Source of the DNA: Chloropicon primus
Lineage: Eukaryota
Direction of reading: 5' to 3'
Length of the DNA stretch: 64,000 nucleotides
Assembly (NCBI GenBank): GCA_023205875.1
Contig: CP060767.1
Location: 62,001 to 126,000 of the forward strand
Positions 1 to 9,806 of this stretch are shown here, piece after piece; positions within the stretch are counted from its first letter, which is position 1, and each line of letters begins with the position of its first letter. Made by a program: the position numbers and the translations under genes. A model generated the notes under the pieces. It was not told the DNA's origin. It saw nothing but the letters and a program-made list of their open reading frames with translations, and searched no databases.

Positions 1-1174
1 GGGCGTTGCCGTGCCAGGAGGAGCGAGAAGCGGATGGGGAGCGCATGCGCTGTGCCTTGCGTTGCATTGGATGCAGCGCAAACCTTCGACTCCGAGTCGA
101 AGCGGGAGAGCGACAAGGAAAAGAAGAACGCAAACAAATCCAAGGCGGGGGAGGAGGCCACGACCTCCTTCGCAAGTCCAGCAGGGGAGAGGGGACGGTA
201 AGTTGCCTCGCACCGCGTCTTGTCTCATGACTTGCTTCTCTAACTCCGCGTCCCGTCTCCTCACTTCCCTCACTCTTCCTCGGCTCAGTGAGACGGAGGA
301 TGGCCTTTGCAGGCTGAAGATCGGTATCGTTGGATTCGGCACCTTCGGTCAGTTTCTAGCGAAACGTTTCGTTTCTCAGGGGCACGCCGTCCTGGCCACT
401 TCCCGCTCAGACAAGTACTTGCCAGTTGCCGAGGAGCTTGGCGTCGAATACTTTTCCAACGTGGACGACTTTTGCGAGGAGCACCCCGAAGTCGTCGTGC
501 TCTGCACGAGTATCTTGTCGACTGAGCGAGTGGTTCAAAAGTTCCCGTTCCTGAGGCTCAAGAGAAACACCTTGCTGGTTGACGTGCTCTCCGTCAAGGA
601 GTTTCCCAAGAAGTTGTTGTTAAGGGAGGTGCCGGAGGAGTTTGACATTCTTTGCACGCACCCGATGTTCGGACCCGATAGCGGCAAGGGAAGTTGGGAG
701 GGGCTGCCCATGATGTTCGACAAGGTTAGAATGGACTCGGAGAACAAGAAGAACGAGGAGCGCTGTCACAATTTTTTGAAGATCTTCGAGCACGAGGGGT
801 GCCGCATGATCCCCATGTCGTGTGAGGAGCATGACAGGCAGGCTGCTTCAACTCAGTTCATCACGCACACCGTGGGAAGAATGCTGGGCGACATGGCGTT
901 GGAGTCCACCCAGATCAACACGAAAGGATATGAGTCCCTCCTCACGCTGATTGAGAACACCTGCAACGATTCGTTTGAGCTGTACTATGGATTGTTCATG
1001 TACAACCAGAACGCCACAGAGACTCTGGAGGCAATGGAGAGGTCTTTCGATCGAACGAAGAAGAGGCTGTTCGACCAGCTCCACGAGGTGCTGAGGGAGC
1101 AGATCTTTGGGGAGGGCCAGCCGGCGCACATACGGGAGCAGCAGCAAAGTGCAGGAAGGAAACTTAACAAGTAA
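1..1174 (+). CDS. TYRA: Arogenate/prephenate dehydrogenase, plastid type; 5'-partial, join(<1..197,289..1174)
   Basis: Rossmann motif IGIVGFGTFGQFLAK, DVLSVK, THPMFGPDSG, EEHDRQAASTQFITH. Frame-1 exon reads VALDAAQTFDSE (like plant TyrA IRAIDAAQ.FD); phase-2 GTAAGT...CTCAG intron 198..288 joins it in frame. Confidence 0.92.
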   Translation, partial: GVAVPGGARSGWGAHALCLALHWMQRKPSTPSRSGRATRKRRTQTNPRRGRRPRPPSQVQQGRGDGKLPRTASCLMTCFSNSASRLLTSLTLPRLSETEDGLCRLKIGIVGFGTFGQFLAKRFVSQGHAVLATSRSDKYLPVAEELGVEYFSNVDDFCEEHPEVVVLCTSILSTERVVQKFPFLRLKRNTLLVDVLSVKEFPKKLLLREVPEEFDILCTHPMFGPDSGKGSWEGLPMMFDKVRMDSENKKNEERCHNFLKIFEHEGCRMIPMSCEEHDRQAASTQFITHTVGRMLGDMALESTQINTKGYESLLTLIENTCNDSFELYYGLFMYNQNATETLEAMERSFDRTKKRLFDQLHEVLREQIFGEGQPAHIREQQQSAGRKLNK

Positions 1175-1216
1175 AGATACACACACGCTTGTTGTACACA
1201 CCCAGATAGAGAGCCC

Positions 1217-2041
1217 TCATTTCTGCTCCGAGGACGGCCCTTGATCTTCTCTCCTCCTCTTGCTCGGCCCTTGCCCCTTGTTCCCTGAGGCGCCACTGCT
1301 GGCTTCCCCGCTCGTTGGTTTGCGCTTCTCGGTGGTGGTTGCCCCCTTGGCACCCGCCGTGGGATAGAAGTCCGTGTGAAACGCGTCGTACAGCCTCTTG
1401 ACCTTGGTCGGACCGAGGCCAGGACAGCCACTGAGGTCCTCCTCCGTCAACTGAAGGATGTCCTTGAGGGTGTGGAAAGCAGCAGTCAAGGTGAGGACAT
1501 CCGTCCGGTTCACGCCCCTGATCTGCGTCAGGGCCTGGGTCACCCGCGTCGTGTAGTCCTCCGTCGGCACATTCGTCTTGTTTCCCAGCAACAGATCGTG
1601 AGGCTTCGTCTCATACGTTTTGAAAGTCTCGATGTACCTCGCACACTCCTCGTAGCTCCAGGCGCAGAACAGCGTCAAGTCCGACAAGCAAGCCAGCTTG
1701 GTGATCGCGGCCAAGGGCTTGACAGGGTCGTCCACATCCACGTGGACGAGGAGAACCCTCAGCCTAAAGGCCCTTTGGAGCTCCCTGATCCTCAAGTGGA
1801 TGTACTGCGGGTGAAGGAGGTGGTACTTGAGCGACAGGAAGAGGGCCACGCACGACGGACCCATCTGGTAGTCCGGAACGAGGTCATCCGCGTACTCCCA
1901 CCTCACGTTCTTGATAAACCGGAGCAGAGGGTTTCCCGTCTGCCTCTTGCTCACCCACACCGCCAGACTCGGGTTCCCCGTCGTCGCGTTCGCGTTCTTC
2001 GCCTTCACCCACCCCTTCCTCGCGTCCTTCCTCGACACCAT
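1217..2041 (-). CDS. ERCC1: DNA excision repair protein ERCC1 (Rad10)
   Basis: VSKRQTGNPLLRFIKNVRWEY, ALFLSLKYHLLHPQYI, C-terminal HhH (CPGLGPTKVKRL). Start codon uncertain. Confidence 0.93.
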   Translation of the reverse strand: MVSRKDARKGWVKAKNANATTGNPSLAVWVSKRQTGNPLLRFIKNVRWEYADDLVPDYQMGPSCVALFLSLKYHLLHPQYIHLRIRELQRAFRLRVLLVHVDVDDPVKPLAAITKLACLSDLTLFCAWSYEECARYIETFKTYETKPHDLLLGNKTNVPTEDYTTRVTQALTQIRGVNRTDVLTLTAAFHTLKDILQLTEEDLSGCPGLGPTKVKRLYDAFHTDFYPTAGAKGATTTEKRKPTSGEASSGASGNKGQGPSKRRREDQGPSSEQK

Positions 2042-2316
2042 CCTCCTGTCGAGCCTCGAGACCACGTGACGTGACGTGACGTGACGTGTCTCCCCTTCGG
2101 TCACACCCCTCCACCTTCCGCACCGTCACGCTGCCATCGCCATCGCCATCGCCATGGCCAGCGTCAGCGTCAGCGTCAGCGTCTCCACTGGAGAGGAAAG
2201 GAAAGGTGTGTTCGTCTTGGAGGAGGAGGATGGCGCCTCACCTCTGTGGAGTGGACTGGGCTTGATGCCTTGGATGAAAAAACAAAACACATGGGTTGAT
2301 AGATGGCTTATTACTT

Positions 2317-3360
2317 TTACGACGTCTTGGCTCGTTTGCTCTCGTTGTCCGCGCCCGAAGGAGCAACCCTGATGGACGGGTCCGTCATACCCCTATGATG
2401 ATACAGTTTGACCTTATCCCTGAGCTTGCCCTTAAGGTCCACTAAACTCTTCTCAAGTCGAGCAATGCTCTTGTACTCGTAGTCGTGACGATTGAGAAAG
2501 TCCTGGTAGGAATGGTGATGCCCCTGCAGCGTTTGGACCTGTTGCTCAAGTACCGCGTTCGCCCCAACGAGCTTGTCCCCAATGTTCACCAGTTCTCGGG
2601 AATCGATCATCTCCATGCACCCGTCGTCGTCCAACACTGTCGCGATCCCTTTGCAGTTGCCAATGATGTTCTTAAACGTGTCCCTCAACACCTGCACGCT
2701 TACTTTCATGACTTGTCTTTGAGTACTCGACAGCAACACGCGAGGGTCACCCGCCAAGACAGGAGTCTTCACCATCTTCTCTTCACCGTTGCCTTGCGGT
2801 GGACCATTGCTAGGGCCTGCCTCACCCGAACCACCACCATTACCGTGGTTCCCTTGCTGCTGCTGCCCTTGCTGGGAAAGGGAAGACGTGTACGCTGGCC
2901 TGCCTCTTTCGCTTGGCTTGTGTGTCACCGTTACCGGCAAAACGACGCTGACCTCCTGCTGGTGGCTTGACCTGTACGAGCTCGGAGCTCCTGCTTGAGT
3001 TGCCGTCTCAGCAGGAAGGCTAGGCAACGTGCTCGGAGTCGTGGTGGTGACGTAGGACATCACAGCCTTGACGTTCTCTCTGAAAGTCATGAGCCTCTTG
3101 TACGTATCGTCCTCGATCTTTTTGATGAGGTCGTCCTTGCACTGGTCTTGCTGGACCACCGCACCCTTATCCGCATTGTTCTTCGTCCTCTCCTTGTACT
3201 CGGTTTTCTGATCGTAAGGCCACTCGCCCAACCTCGCCTTCTCCCATTGAGACTTCAAGGCGTACACACTGACACCCAACCTCTCCGCCGCTTCCGGGAG
3301 AGGGAGGCACGAGGCCTCCACCAAGGCGTCCAACGGGATCTCTCTCTCCTCAAAGTTCAT
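2317..3360 (-). CDS. Putative RWP-RK-like transcription factor with a degenerate motif
   Basis: N-terminal LPLPEAAERLGVSVYALKSQWEKARLGEWPY matches the RWP-RK spacing P..EAA..LGV....LK......G...WP; coiled-coil C-terminus; 347-aa ORF. Confidence 0.6.
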   Translation of the reverse strand: MNFEEREIPLDALVEASCLPLPEAAERLGVSVYALKSQWEKARLGEWPYDQKTEYKERTKNNADKGAVVQQDQCKDDLIKKIEDDTYKRLMTFRENVKAVMSYVTTTTPSTLPSLPAETATQAGAPSSYRSSHQQEVSVVLPVTVTHKPSERGRPAYTSSLSQQGQQQQGNHGNGGGSGEAGPSNGPPQGNGEEKMVKTPVLAGDPRVLLSSTQRQVMKVSVQVLRDTFKNIIGNCKGIATVLDDDGCMEMIDSRELVNIGDKLVGANAVLEQQVQTLQGHHHSYQDFLNRHDYEYKSIARLEKSLVDLKGKLRDKVKLYHHRGMTDPSIRVAPSGADNESKRAKTS

Positions 3361-3721
3361 CTCAACCTCTTGTTCTCACTTCCTTCCAACGGAGTCCTTC
3401 TCCTTCTCCTTCTCCTTCTCCTGCAATCAAACCAAACCAAACCAAACCGCTCGTGATTACGATGGCGCTGGCTTACGATGAAACGATGACGATGGCGCTT
3501 CCTCCTCCTCGTTGCCTGATCAGGCAAGGGACAAGGACAAGGACTTGTGCTTGGTATGTCTTGGTGGTTCGGCAGCAAGCTTATGTCCGTGTGATCGCTT
3601 GTTTCCGAGTCCGAGTCCGAGTCCGAGTCCGATCCAAGCAAGGCCAGGTGGTAGGCGGAAGGAGTGGCACCCCAAAGCCCGAGAGTGGAAGAATATCCTA
3701 ATTACTTTCATCAAAGGACTC

Positions 3722-3784
3722 GACCCCCGACCAAGACAGGCTGGACCCCCGACCAAGACAGGCTGGACCCCCGACCAAGACAGG
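3722..3784. repeat. Tandem repeat, 22-bp unit GACCCCCGACCAAGACAGGCTG, about 2.9 copies
   Basis: Identical units at 3722, 3744 and 3766 (partial), in a divergent intergenic region. Confidence 0.9.
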
Positions 3785-4378
3785 AGGGGTCCCCCTCCAT
3801 CCCTTCTTGTCATCTTCTTGTCATCTTGTACGATCTTGTAAAGTATTGATAAAGTATAGAGTATTGATAGAGGAAGAGGAAAAAAGAGGGTCGTCGCATT
3901 GGACCAAAAGAGTGTACGGAAGGGGACACTCGTTTGGAGGAGTCAGGGGAAGCGCGGAGCGAGGGGACTGGAGGCGAAGGGGCCTTGTGTTGCGACGGTA
4001 TTGCGCGCGACGGGGGTTCGTGAGAGCAACGGAGAGGGTCCAGAGGGAACGAAGCGTCTTAAGATCTTTCCGTGGATACCTCATTGGAAGGATTTGGCCA
4101 CCGGAGGGAGCGGGAAGGGTGAGGGAAGGGCGAGGAGGAGGGAGCGGAAGGGCGAGGAGGAGGGAGCGGAAGGGCGAGGGAGGGGCGAGGAGGAGGGAGA
4201 GGGGGGAGGGGATCGAGGGGAAGGGGTGGGATGACGCGACCATCACAGGCGAAGAGAATCGTCTGAAGAAGAGGTCTTGCTGCGAAGGGGGAGCGCTTGC
4301 CTTTTCCTGGCCGGGGAGAACGAGCCGCAGAGGTGTCGGTTACAAGAACACAAGGATCGTCGAGTGCATGGTGTGATC

Positions 4379-6772
4379 ATGGCGGAGGTTGCCGAAACTC
4401 CGCCTTACACCTCGAGCGTGGTGTCCGGGAGGCTGGTGTGGGCTGGGATGGAGGGGTACCCCATGTGGCCGGCCCAGGTGATCGCTCCGGAGCACTGCGT
4501 GTTCTTCAGCAGAGACCTGACGTATCAGAAGCTGACTCGGGTGCTCTTCAAGCAGAAGTCGCTTCTCAGGGACTTGGAGGAGAACAAGAGAGGGAAGCCC
4601 ATGGTTGTGAGGTTCTTTGGGGAGTGCTCTTGGCAGATCTACGGCACGGCTGACCCCATGATAAAAGACTTCACCTTGTTGGACTTCATGGCTCTGGAAA
4701 CGAGGAAGAAGAGGGTGGAGCAAGATTACAAAAACATAGACTTGGCGGAGTACTCGAAGGCTCTGAACGAGATCCAGTACGTCGCCCTGAAGCGCAGCGG
4801 TAGCCTGGAAGAAAAAGACCTGAAGCATATGTTCCCCTCCGAAGAGACCTGGGACATCGATGCGTTCGACATACTCGTGAAGGCGAAGGAAAACGATTAT
4901 CTGGAGCAGGAGCTCGACGACTTGGAGTGCTACAACAAACTGGGGAACACCAAAGAGTACGGGGATTTCGCGGAGAGCCTGTGGAAGTTTTGGATCAGCC
5001 CGGTAGGCCCCGGCCGAAACGAGGAAGTGACCAAGAAGGAGCGAACTCTGAAATCCGGAAAGATATGCGGGAAGACCATCAACCTGCACAAGCTGTGGCT
5101 CGAGGTGAACCGCCGGGGGGGCTCAGACCAAGTGTCGAAGAGAAAATGGTGGGCTGAAGTCGGGCAAATGTTTCAGCCGGGAATGCAAACGAAAGTCGCA
5201 GATATCGACAAAATAGTCAAGACTTGCTATATGGAAGCGCTTGGCGATCTAGAGCTGTTCCTTCGGAGTGACGAGGAGCACAACGTCGAGGGGATCACTC
5301 TCCCAGAAGAGGAACTGGTGGAGGCGGACCTGAAGCTCTTCAAGAAACCGAGGGAAAAAATTCCGGTAGACGTGCTACCTTTCGACAAAAGGGAGATCGG
5401 GGAGAGCTTGGGGGAGCTAAAGCTGCTGGCGGTCGAGCCGAGGCTGAGTCCATGCAACGGCTTTGATGAGGATTACTTGGCGCAGCTGGGAGACACACTT
5501 CGGACTTTGGGCGAAGGCCAGTTGTGGAATCTTGCCACGTCCATGAAAGACAGGGTCGAGATCATGATTCCAAACCCAGACTCCGAAGACGGCGATTTGA
5601 GGATTGTAGCGGAGAAGAACGTGGATGTACATTACGTAGACGTAGAGAAAAAGCCACCGGGGGATGCCAAGCGGAAGCTGAAGGAGGAAAAAAGCAATAA
5701 CATTCAGAAGGAGAAGAAGAAGAAGAAAAGGTTGGTGAAAATAAGAGACGCCAACGAGGCCAAGGATTATTTGCCGACTGCAGAGAAGTCAGTTGAGGTG
5801 GAGAAGAAGAAGAGAAGAACAACGAGAAAGAAGCAAGCTGATGAGTCCGCGGTGAAGCAGGGCAGCGGTGCACTCGCAAATGCGTGGCTGATGAAGTGGA
5901 AGAAACGAATCGATGAGACCACGACTGAGCAGGAGGAAAGCGATTCGCCGACTGCAGAGAAGTCAGTTGCAGCTGAGGTGGAGAAGAAGAAGAGAAGAAC
6001 AACGAGAAAGAAGCAAGCTGATGAGTCCGCGGTGAAGCAGGGCAGCGGTGCACTCGCAAATGCGTGGCTGATGAAGTGGAAGAAACGAATCGATGAGACC
6101 ACGACTGAGCAGGAGGAAAGCGATTCGCCGACTGCAGAGAAGTCACTTGAGGTGGCAGAGGCCCCAAGAAGAGAGGCTCCGGAGTCATCGCAGGTTGTTC
6201 CACCTCCTTCAGAAGAACCAGAAACTGTGACGATCACAGCAGACATGATCATCGTGGAGGTCCAGGGCCAAAACCTTCCGAATGATATTGTCTTCAAAAC
6301 CTTTTGTAGCAGTCGGTGTGACTGTGAGCTCAAGGAGATCAGGAAGGAGCCTGAAAAGAAGACACTCCTGGTGTTCGACACTTCCAAGATTGCGGAAACG
6401 GTCATGAAAAAGCTGGGCGATTGGGAATTTCCCCGTTCAAAGGATTGGAAAATCAAATTGGTCAAAGAATCATCCTACGAGAAGGAGAAGGAAAACGAGG
6501 TGATCAAGAAAAACATCATCACAGACCTCCGAAAGATGAAGCCCCCTGCGCCCTTGCTCCTTGGCAGGAGTCTGCCTCCCCCTAGTAGGACTGTGACAAG
6601 CCCAGCACCTCAACAGCAGCGGGGGCCACCCCCAAAGCCAAAGAGGTTGAAGAATTTCGATCACAGTCGATTTATCAGGTTGGGAGAGGATCAAAGGGAA
6701 TTTCATGACCTCCTCTGCGATCTTGAGACCGCTCTGGCTGCCCCAGCACATGAAAGGCCCGCCTACCCTTAA
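4379..6772 (+). CDS. Chromatin protein with PWWP and ARID domains
   Basis: GRLVWAGMEGYPMWPAQV...VVRFFG (PWWP); ICGKTINLHKLWLEVNRRGGSDQVSKRKWWAEVG (ARID); Lys-rich middle with an internal duplication. Confidence 0.82.
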   Translation: MAEVAETPPYTSSVVSGRLVWAGMEGYPMWPAQVIAPEHCVFFSRDLTYQKLTRVLFKQKSLLRDLEENKRGKPMVVRFFGECSWQIYGTADPMIKDFTLLDFMALETRKKRVEQDYKNIDLAEYSKALNEIQYVALKRSGSLEEKDLKHMFPSEETWDIDAFDILVKAKENDYLEQELDDLECYNKLGNTKEYGDFAESLWKFWISPVGPGRNEEVTKKERTLKSGKICGKTINLHKLWLEVNRRGGSDQVSKRKWWAEVGQMFQPGMQTKVADIDKIVKTCYMEALGDLELFLRSDEEHNVEGITLPEEELVEADLKLFKKPREKIPVDVLPFDKREIGESLGELKLLAVEPRLSPCNGFDEDYLAQLGDTLRTLGEGQLWNLATSMKDRVEIMIPNPDSEDGDLRIVAEKNVDVHYVDVEKKPPGDAKRKLKEEKSNNIQKEKKKKKRLVKIRDANEAKDYLPTAEKSVEVEKKKRRTTRKKQADESAVKQGSGALANAWLMKWKKRIDETTTEQEESDSPTAEKSVAAEVEKKKRRTTRKKQADESAVKQGSGALANAWLMKWKKRIDETTTEQEESDSPTAEKSLEVAEAPRREAPESSQVVPPPSEEPETVTITADMIIVEVQGQNLPNDIVFKTFCSSRCDCELKEIRKEPEKKTLLVFDTSKIAETVMKKLGDWEFPRSKDWKIKLVKESSYEKEKENEVIKKNIITDLRKMKPPAPLLLGRSLPPPSRTVTSPAPQQQRGPPPKPKRLKNFDHSRFIRLGEDQREFHDLLCDLETALAAPAHERPAYP
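5793..6145 (+). repeat. Intragenic tandem duplication, 180-nt period (60 aa)
   Basis: Lines at 5821/6001 and 5881/6061 are identical; GCCGACTGCAGAGAAGTCA occurs at 5773, 5947 and 6127. Confidence 0.95.
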
Positions 6773-7062
6773 CACCTCTGAGCATGTAACATTACTACCT
6801 CGATGATATCGGTTACATCAAGTTCATCGTCACCCCGAGGGTCAAACGGGTCGAGTGAGCGCTCCATCGAGAGCCCAAGAGGCAAGGACTCGCCCTGCCA
6901 TCCTCTCTTCTCTTCCATCAAGCTTGCATTGCCCCTTTTCTCACAACAAACCCAAACTCTGCAAAAGTTTTGGCTTGCTGAAGGAAGAGAGCAAGCTCTC
7001 CAAATTTTTTGAACGAAACCGCGCCAAAGGAGAGAGTGACAGCCACGAGGACGAGTGCGGCC

Positions 7063-9326
7063 ATGTTCGCTCGAAAGAAGCGCCTGGAGCTCCAGGTGAA
7101 CGCCCTCAGCGATCCTCGGACACAAAACACTCTCGATGCTTACTTGAGAACGAACCATTACAACAAGAGGGTCGAGAAAACGAAGGAGGAACAAGGTAAG
7201 GACTCGCATCGCATTGCAAAATGAGGAGAGAAGGGCAAAGAAATGCCGTCGAGTTGTGTCAAGGTGGGAGAGGTTCGGGTCACTGACGACGGCATCCTGG
7301 TCCCGTTTTGCCTTTGGTTCAGAAACGCGGGCGACGAAGAAGCCGAAGATCGAAATAGCGACTGAGAAGCCGGCGACAGGTGCTGGGGATGACAGAGAGG
7401 TGCTCGTCGTTGGAGAAGTGGAACGGGGCGGGGGAGGGGAGGAGGTGCAGCACGGCGGACTCGCGAGGCCGATGGAGCTGATCAGCGGAAGAATCGATGT
7501 CCTGGACTCGATGACGAGCACCTCGAAGCTGGATGAGGAAGAGGTGGGGCTCACCTTGGATATGGAGAAGGTGTCGAAGAAGGAGTTCCAGCTGAGGTCC
7601 GCGCTTGCGATATCAAGAAGGACGGCGCCCCAAAGCCGTTTCGGCGTGCTGATGAATTCGTTCGGTGGACTCTCTTTAAGGAAGTCAATGAGCAGGCCGT
7701 ACGCGTTTCACAACTACAAAAAGTACGGGGTCCAGGGTGTGGTGCGAACGTTCATGGATGACGGTGAGGCGAGGGGCAACTTTCGAGCCAGAGTGACGCA
7801 CCTGCGCCTGGATTCTAGGGGAGACATTGCTGTGGCAGGCGCGGAGGATGGTTTGATTCTTGTGTACCGAACGCGTTCGCTGGACCACGCAGCAAGACAC
7901 AAAAAGAACGACTCGACGAGACCCCTCTTGACGATCCCAAATGTGAGTCACCGTCATCGAGCGACAACAAAGCATACTCAAACAAAACCTGACGTGTGTG
8001 TGTGGTCACCCCTTCTAACGTCTTTTCGTTCTGGTTTCCTTGCCGACACAGGGTAATGGCCCCTGCCAGGACGTGCGGTGGAACCCAAGAGACGAGAACG
8101 AGATCGCGGTGGCAAGTGGCTACAACAGGCAAATTCGTATCTATGATCTGTGCCGCTGGACAAGAGGCAGTCCTCCAACGCGGGCTCTTGCGGCATCCTC
8201 GACGTGCAGCCGCAGCAACGAGCGCGGGGGCACCCCAATGCACGCCGGGGTGGTTCGAGTGCAGCACCTGGAAAGCATGGGGCGCTACGTCATCGCGGGG
8301 GGCACTGCTGGTGGAGAGATACTCTTGTGGGATACGAGATGTAAAATTAGGGGGAGCTCGGGGGCTTTGCACGATTGCCCGTGTGGTGTCGTTCGATCCG
8401 ATGATGACATGAGATCGGATCAAGGGTACACGAGCTCCCTATCAAAAATGTTCAAGCAAAAGGAGGACTTGCGCAGCAAGTGCTCGCTGAGGAGCCGGGC
8501 CAGCCCCGTGGTGTCGATCCTGGAGTGCGGGAACAACACGGGGATATTGCACTCTTGCAACTCCAGGGGTGATATCGTTTCCTGGGATACGAGGCAGAGG
8601 AAGACAACGGGTTTCTTCTCAAACAGTTTTGGTGGTGGCGCGAGGTCCGGGGGCGAGTACTTCCACCCCCTCAATAAGGATGCAAGACCGGTCAGGTTGC
8701 AGGACGAGTTGATCACGTTCTGCCGCGGCAACGACCCGAACGGTGCCGAACGTGCCTACGGCAGACACCGCGTGCCCGAGAGTGACATGGGAAAGCTCTT
8801 CGCCTCGACCACGCTTGTAGCGATGAAGCCAGATCCCAAGGACTCCCGGAGGCTTGCCTTCGCCCTCAGCAGCGGGGTGAGTGGCGTGTGCCACGTATCG
8901 AGCAGGGACTTGACGGTCACAAAAGTAATCTTGGGGATGCAAAACGTGTTGAACGATGTCCCGGACACGGAGCACTGGAAGACACTTCCCGCGTCCGTCA
9001 GGAATGATCCGAGGGTGTCCCGAGGCGTAGGTCTCGATAACAACGACCTCGGAGCGGAGCAGGTCCGCGAGCCTGTGGTAGACCCGGAATGGACCCTCAA
9101 GGGCGAGGCCCTTTGCAACCTCGATTCCAGGCAACGCAACATGACTCTCAAGATCCACGATGCCTCATGTTGCCAAGCCTACCCGACGGACCCACCCGTG
9201 ACGCAGCCCCTCCAAGGCCACATCGCTTCTTGCATTGCCAGCCATCCCTTCACGGACGATTTGTACCTCGGCACGAGTTGTGGCCACCTCTGCGTGGTCT
9301 CCCAAGGGGTCGGGCCCCCGATGTAA
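7063..9326 (+). CDS. WD40-repeat protein, join(~7063..7195,7323..7942,8052..9326)
   Basis: WD-like segments (GDIAVAGAEDGLILVY, DVRWNPRDENEIAVAS...IRIYDL, GEILLWDTR, GDIVSWDTR); both GT-AG introns keep the frame. Start uncertain. Confidence 0.72.
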
Positions 9327-9806
9327 TAGCATTACTATTTTTTTGTGTTGTGCGTGTGTTGTGTTGACAAGTGACTGAAACACCCCCACACACACCCTTG
9401 GACACACCTTGTGTCTGCCAATCATCTCGTCCTCCTCTCTCTCTCTTTCTTCCCAAGGCAATGGGAGCGGGATTGGAAGGGACAAGATCACATTGAGGAT
9501 CACGGACCCATGACCCCATGCCCCTTGACCTTGCCTCCATCCACCCTCCATCACCTCCATCACCTTGCCTCTCCTCATTCCTCATCTCTCCTCTGCAGAT
9601 CGTCGTCCTTCATTAAAAAAATCTTAAGGAAATCGGAGAGACCGAGAGAGAGACCGAGAGAGAGAGAGAGAGAGAGAGAGATGGTCCGTCATCTGATCCC
9701 TGTGCTCGGTTCTTCACACTGGAAATTGACTTTCCTTTCCCTTTCCCTTTTTTTTCGCGAAACCACGACGCAGGGTTTGTTTACCAGGAGTACCAAGGCG
9801 AACAAC

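Noticed and set aside
2062..2088. (ACGTG)n G-box array near the ERCC1 start
   Set aside because: Indistinguishable from the many microsatellites in UTRs and introns across the window.
3722..3784. CRISPR-like direct repeats
   Set aside because: No unique spacers, no cas genes, eukaryotic context.
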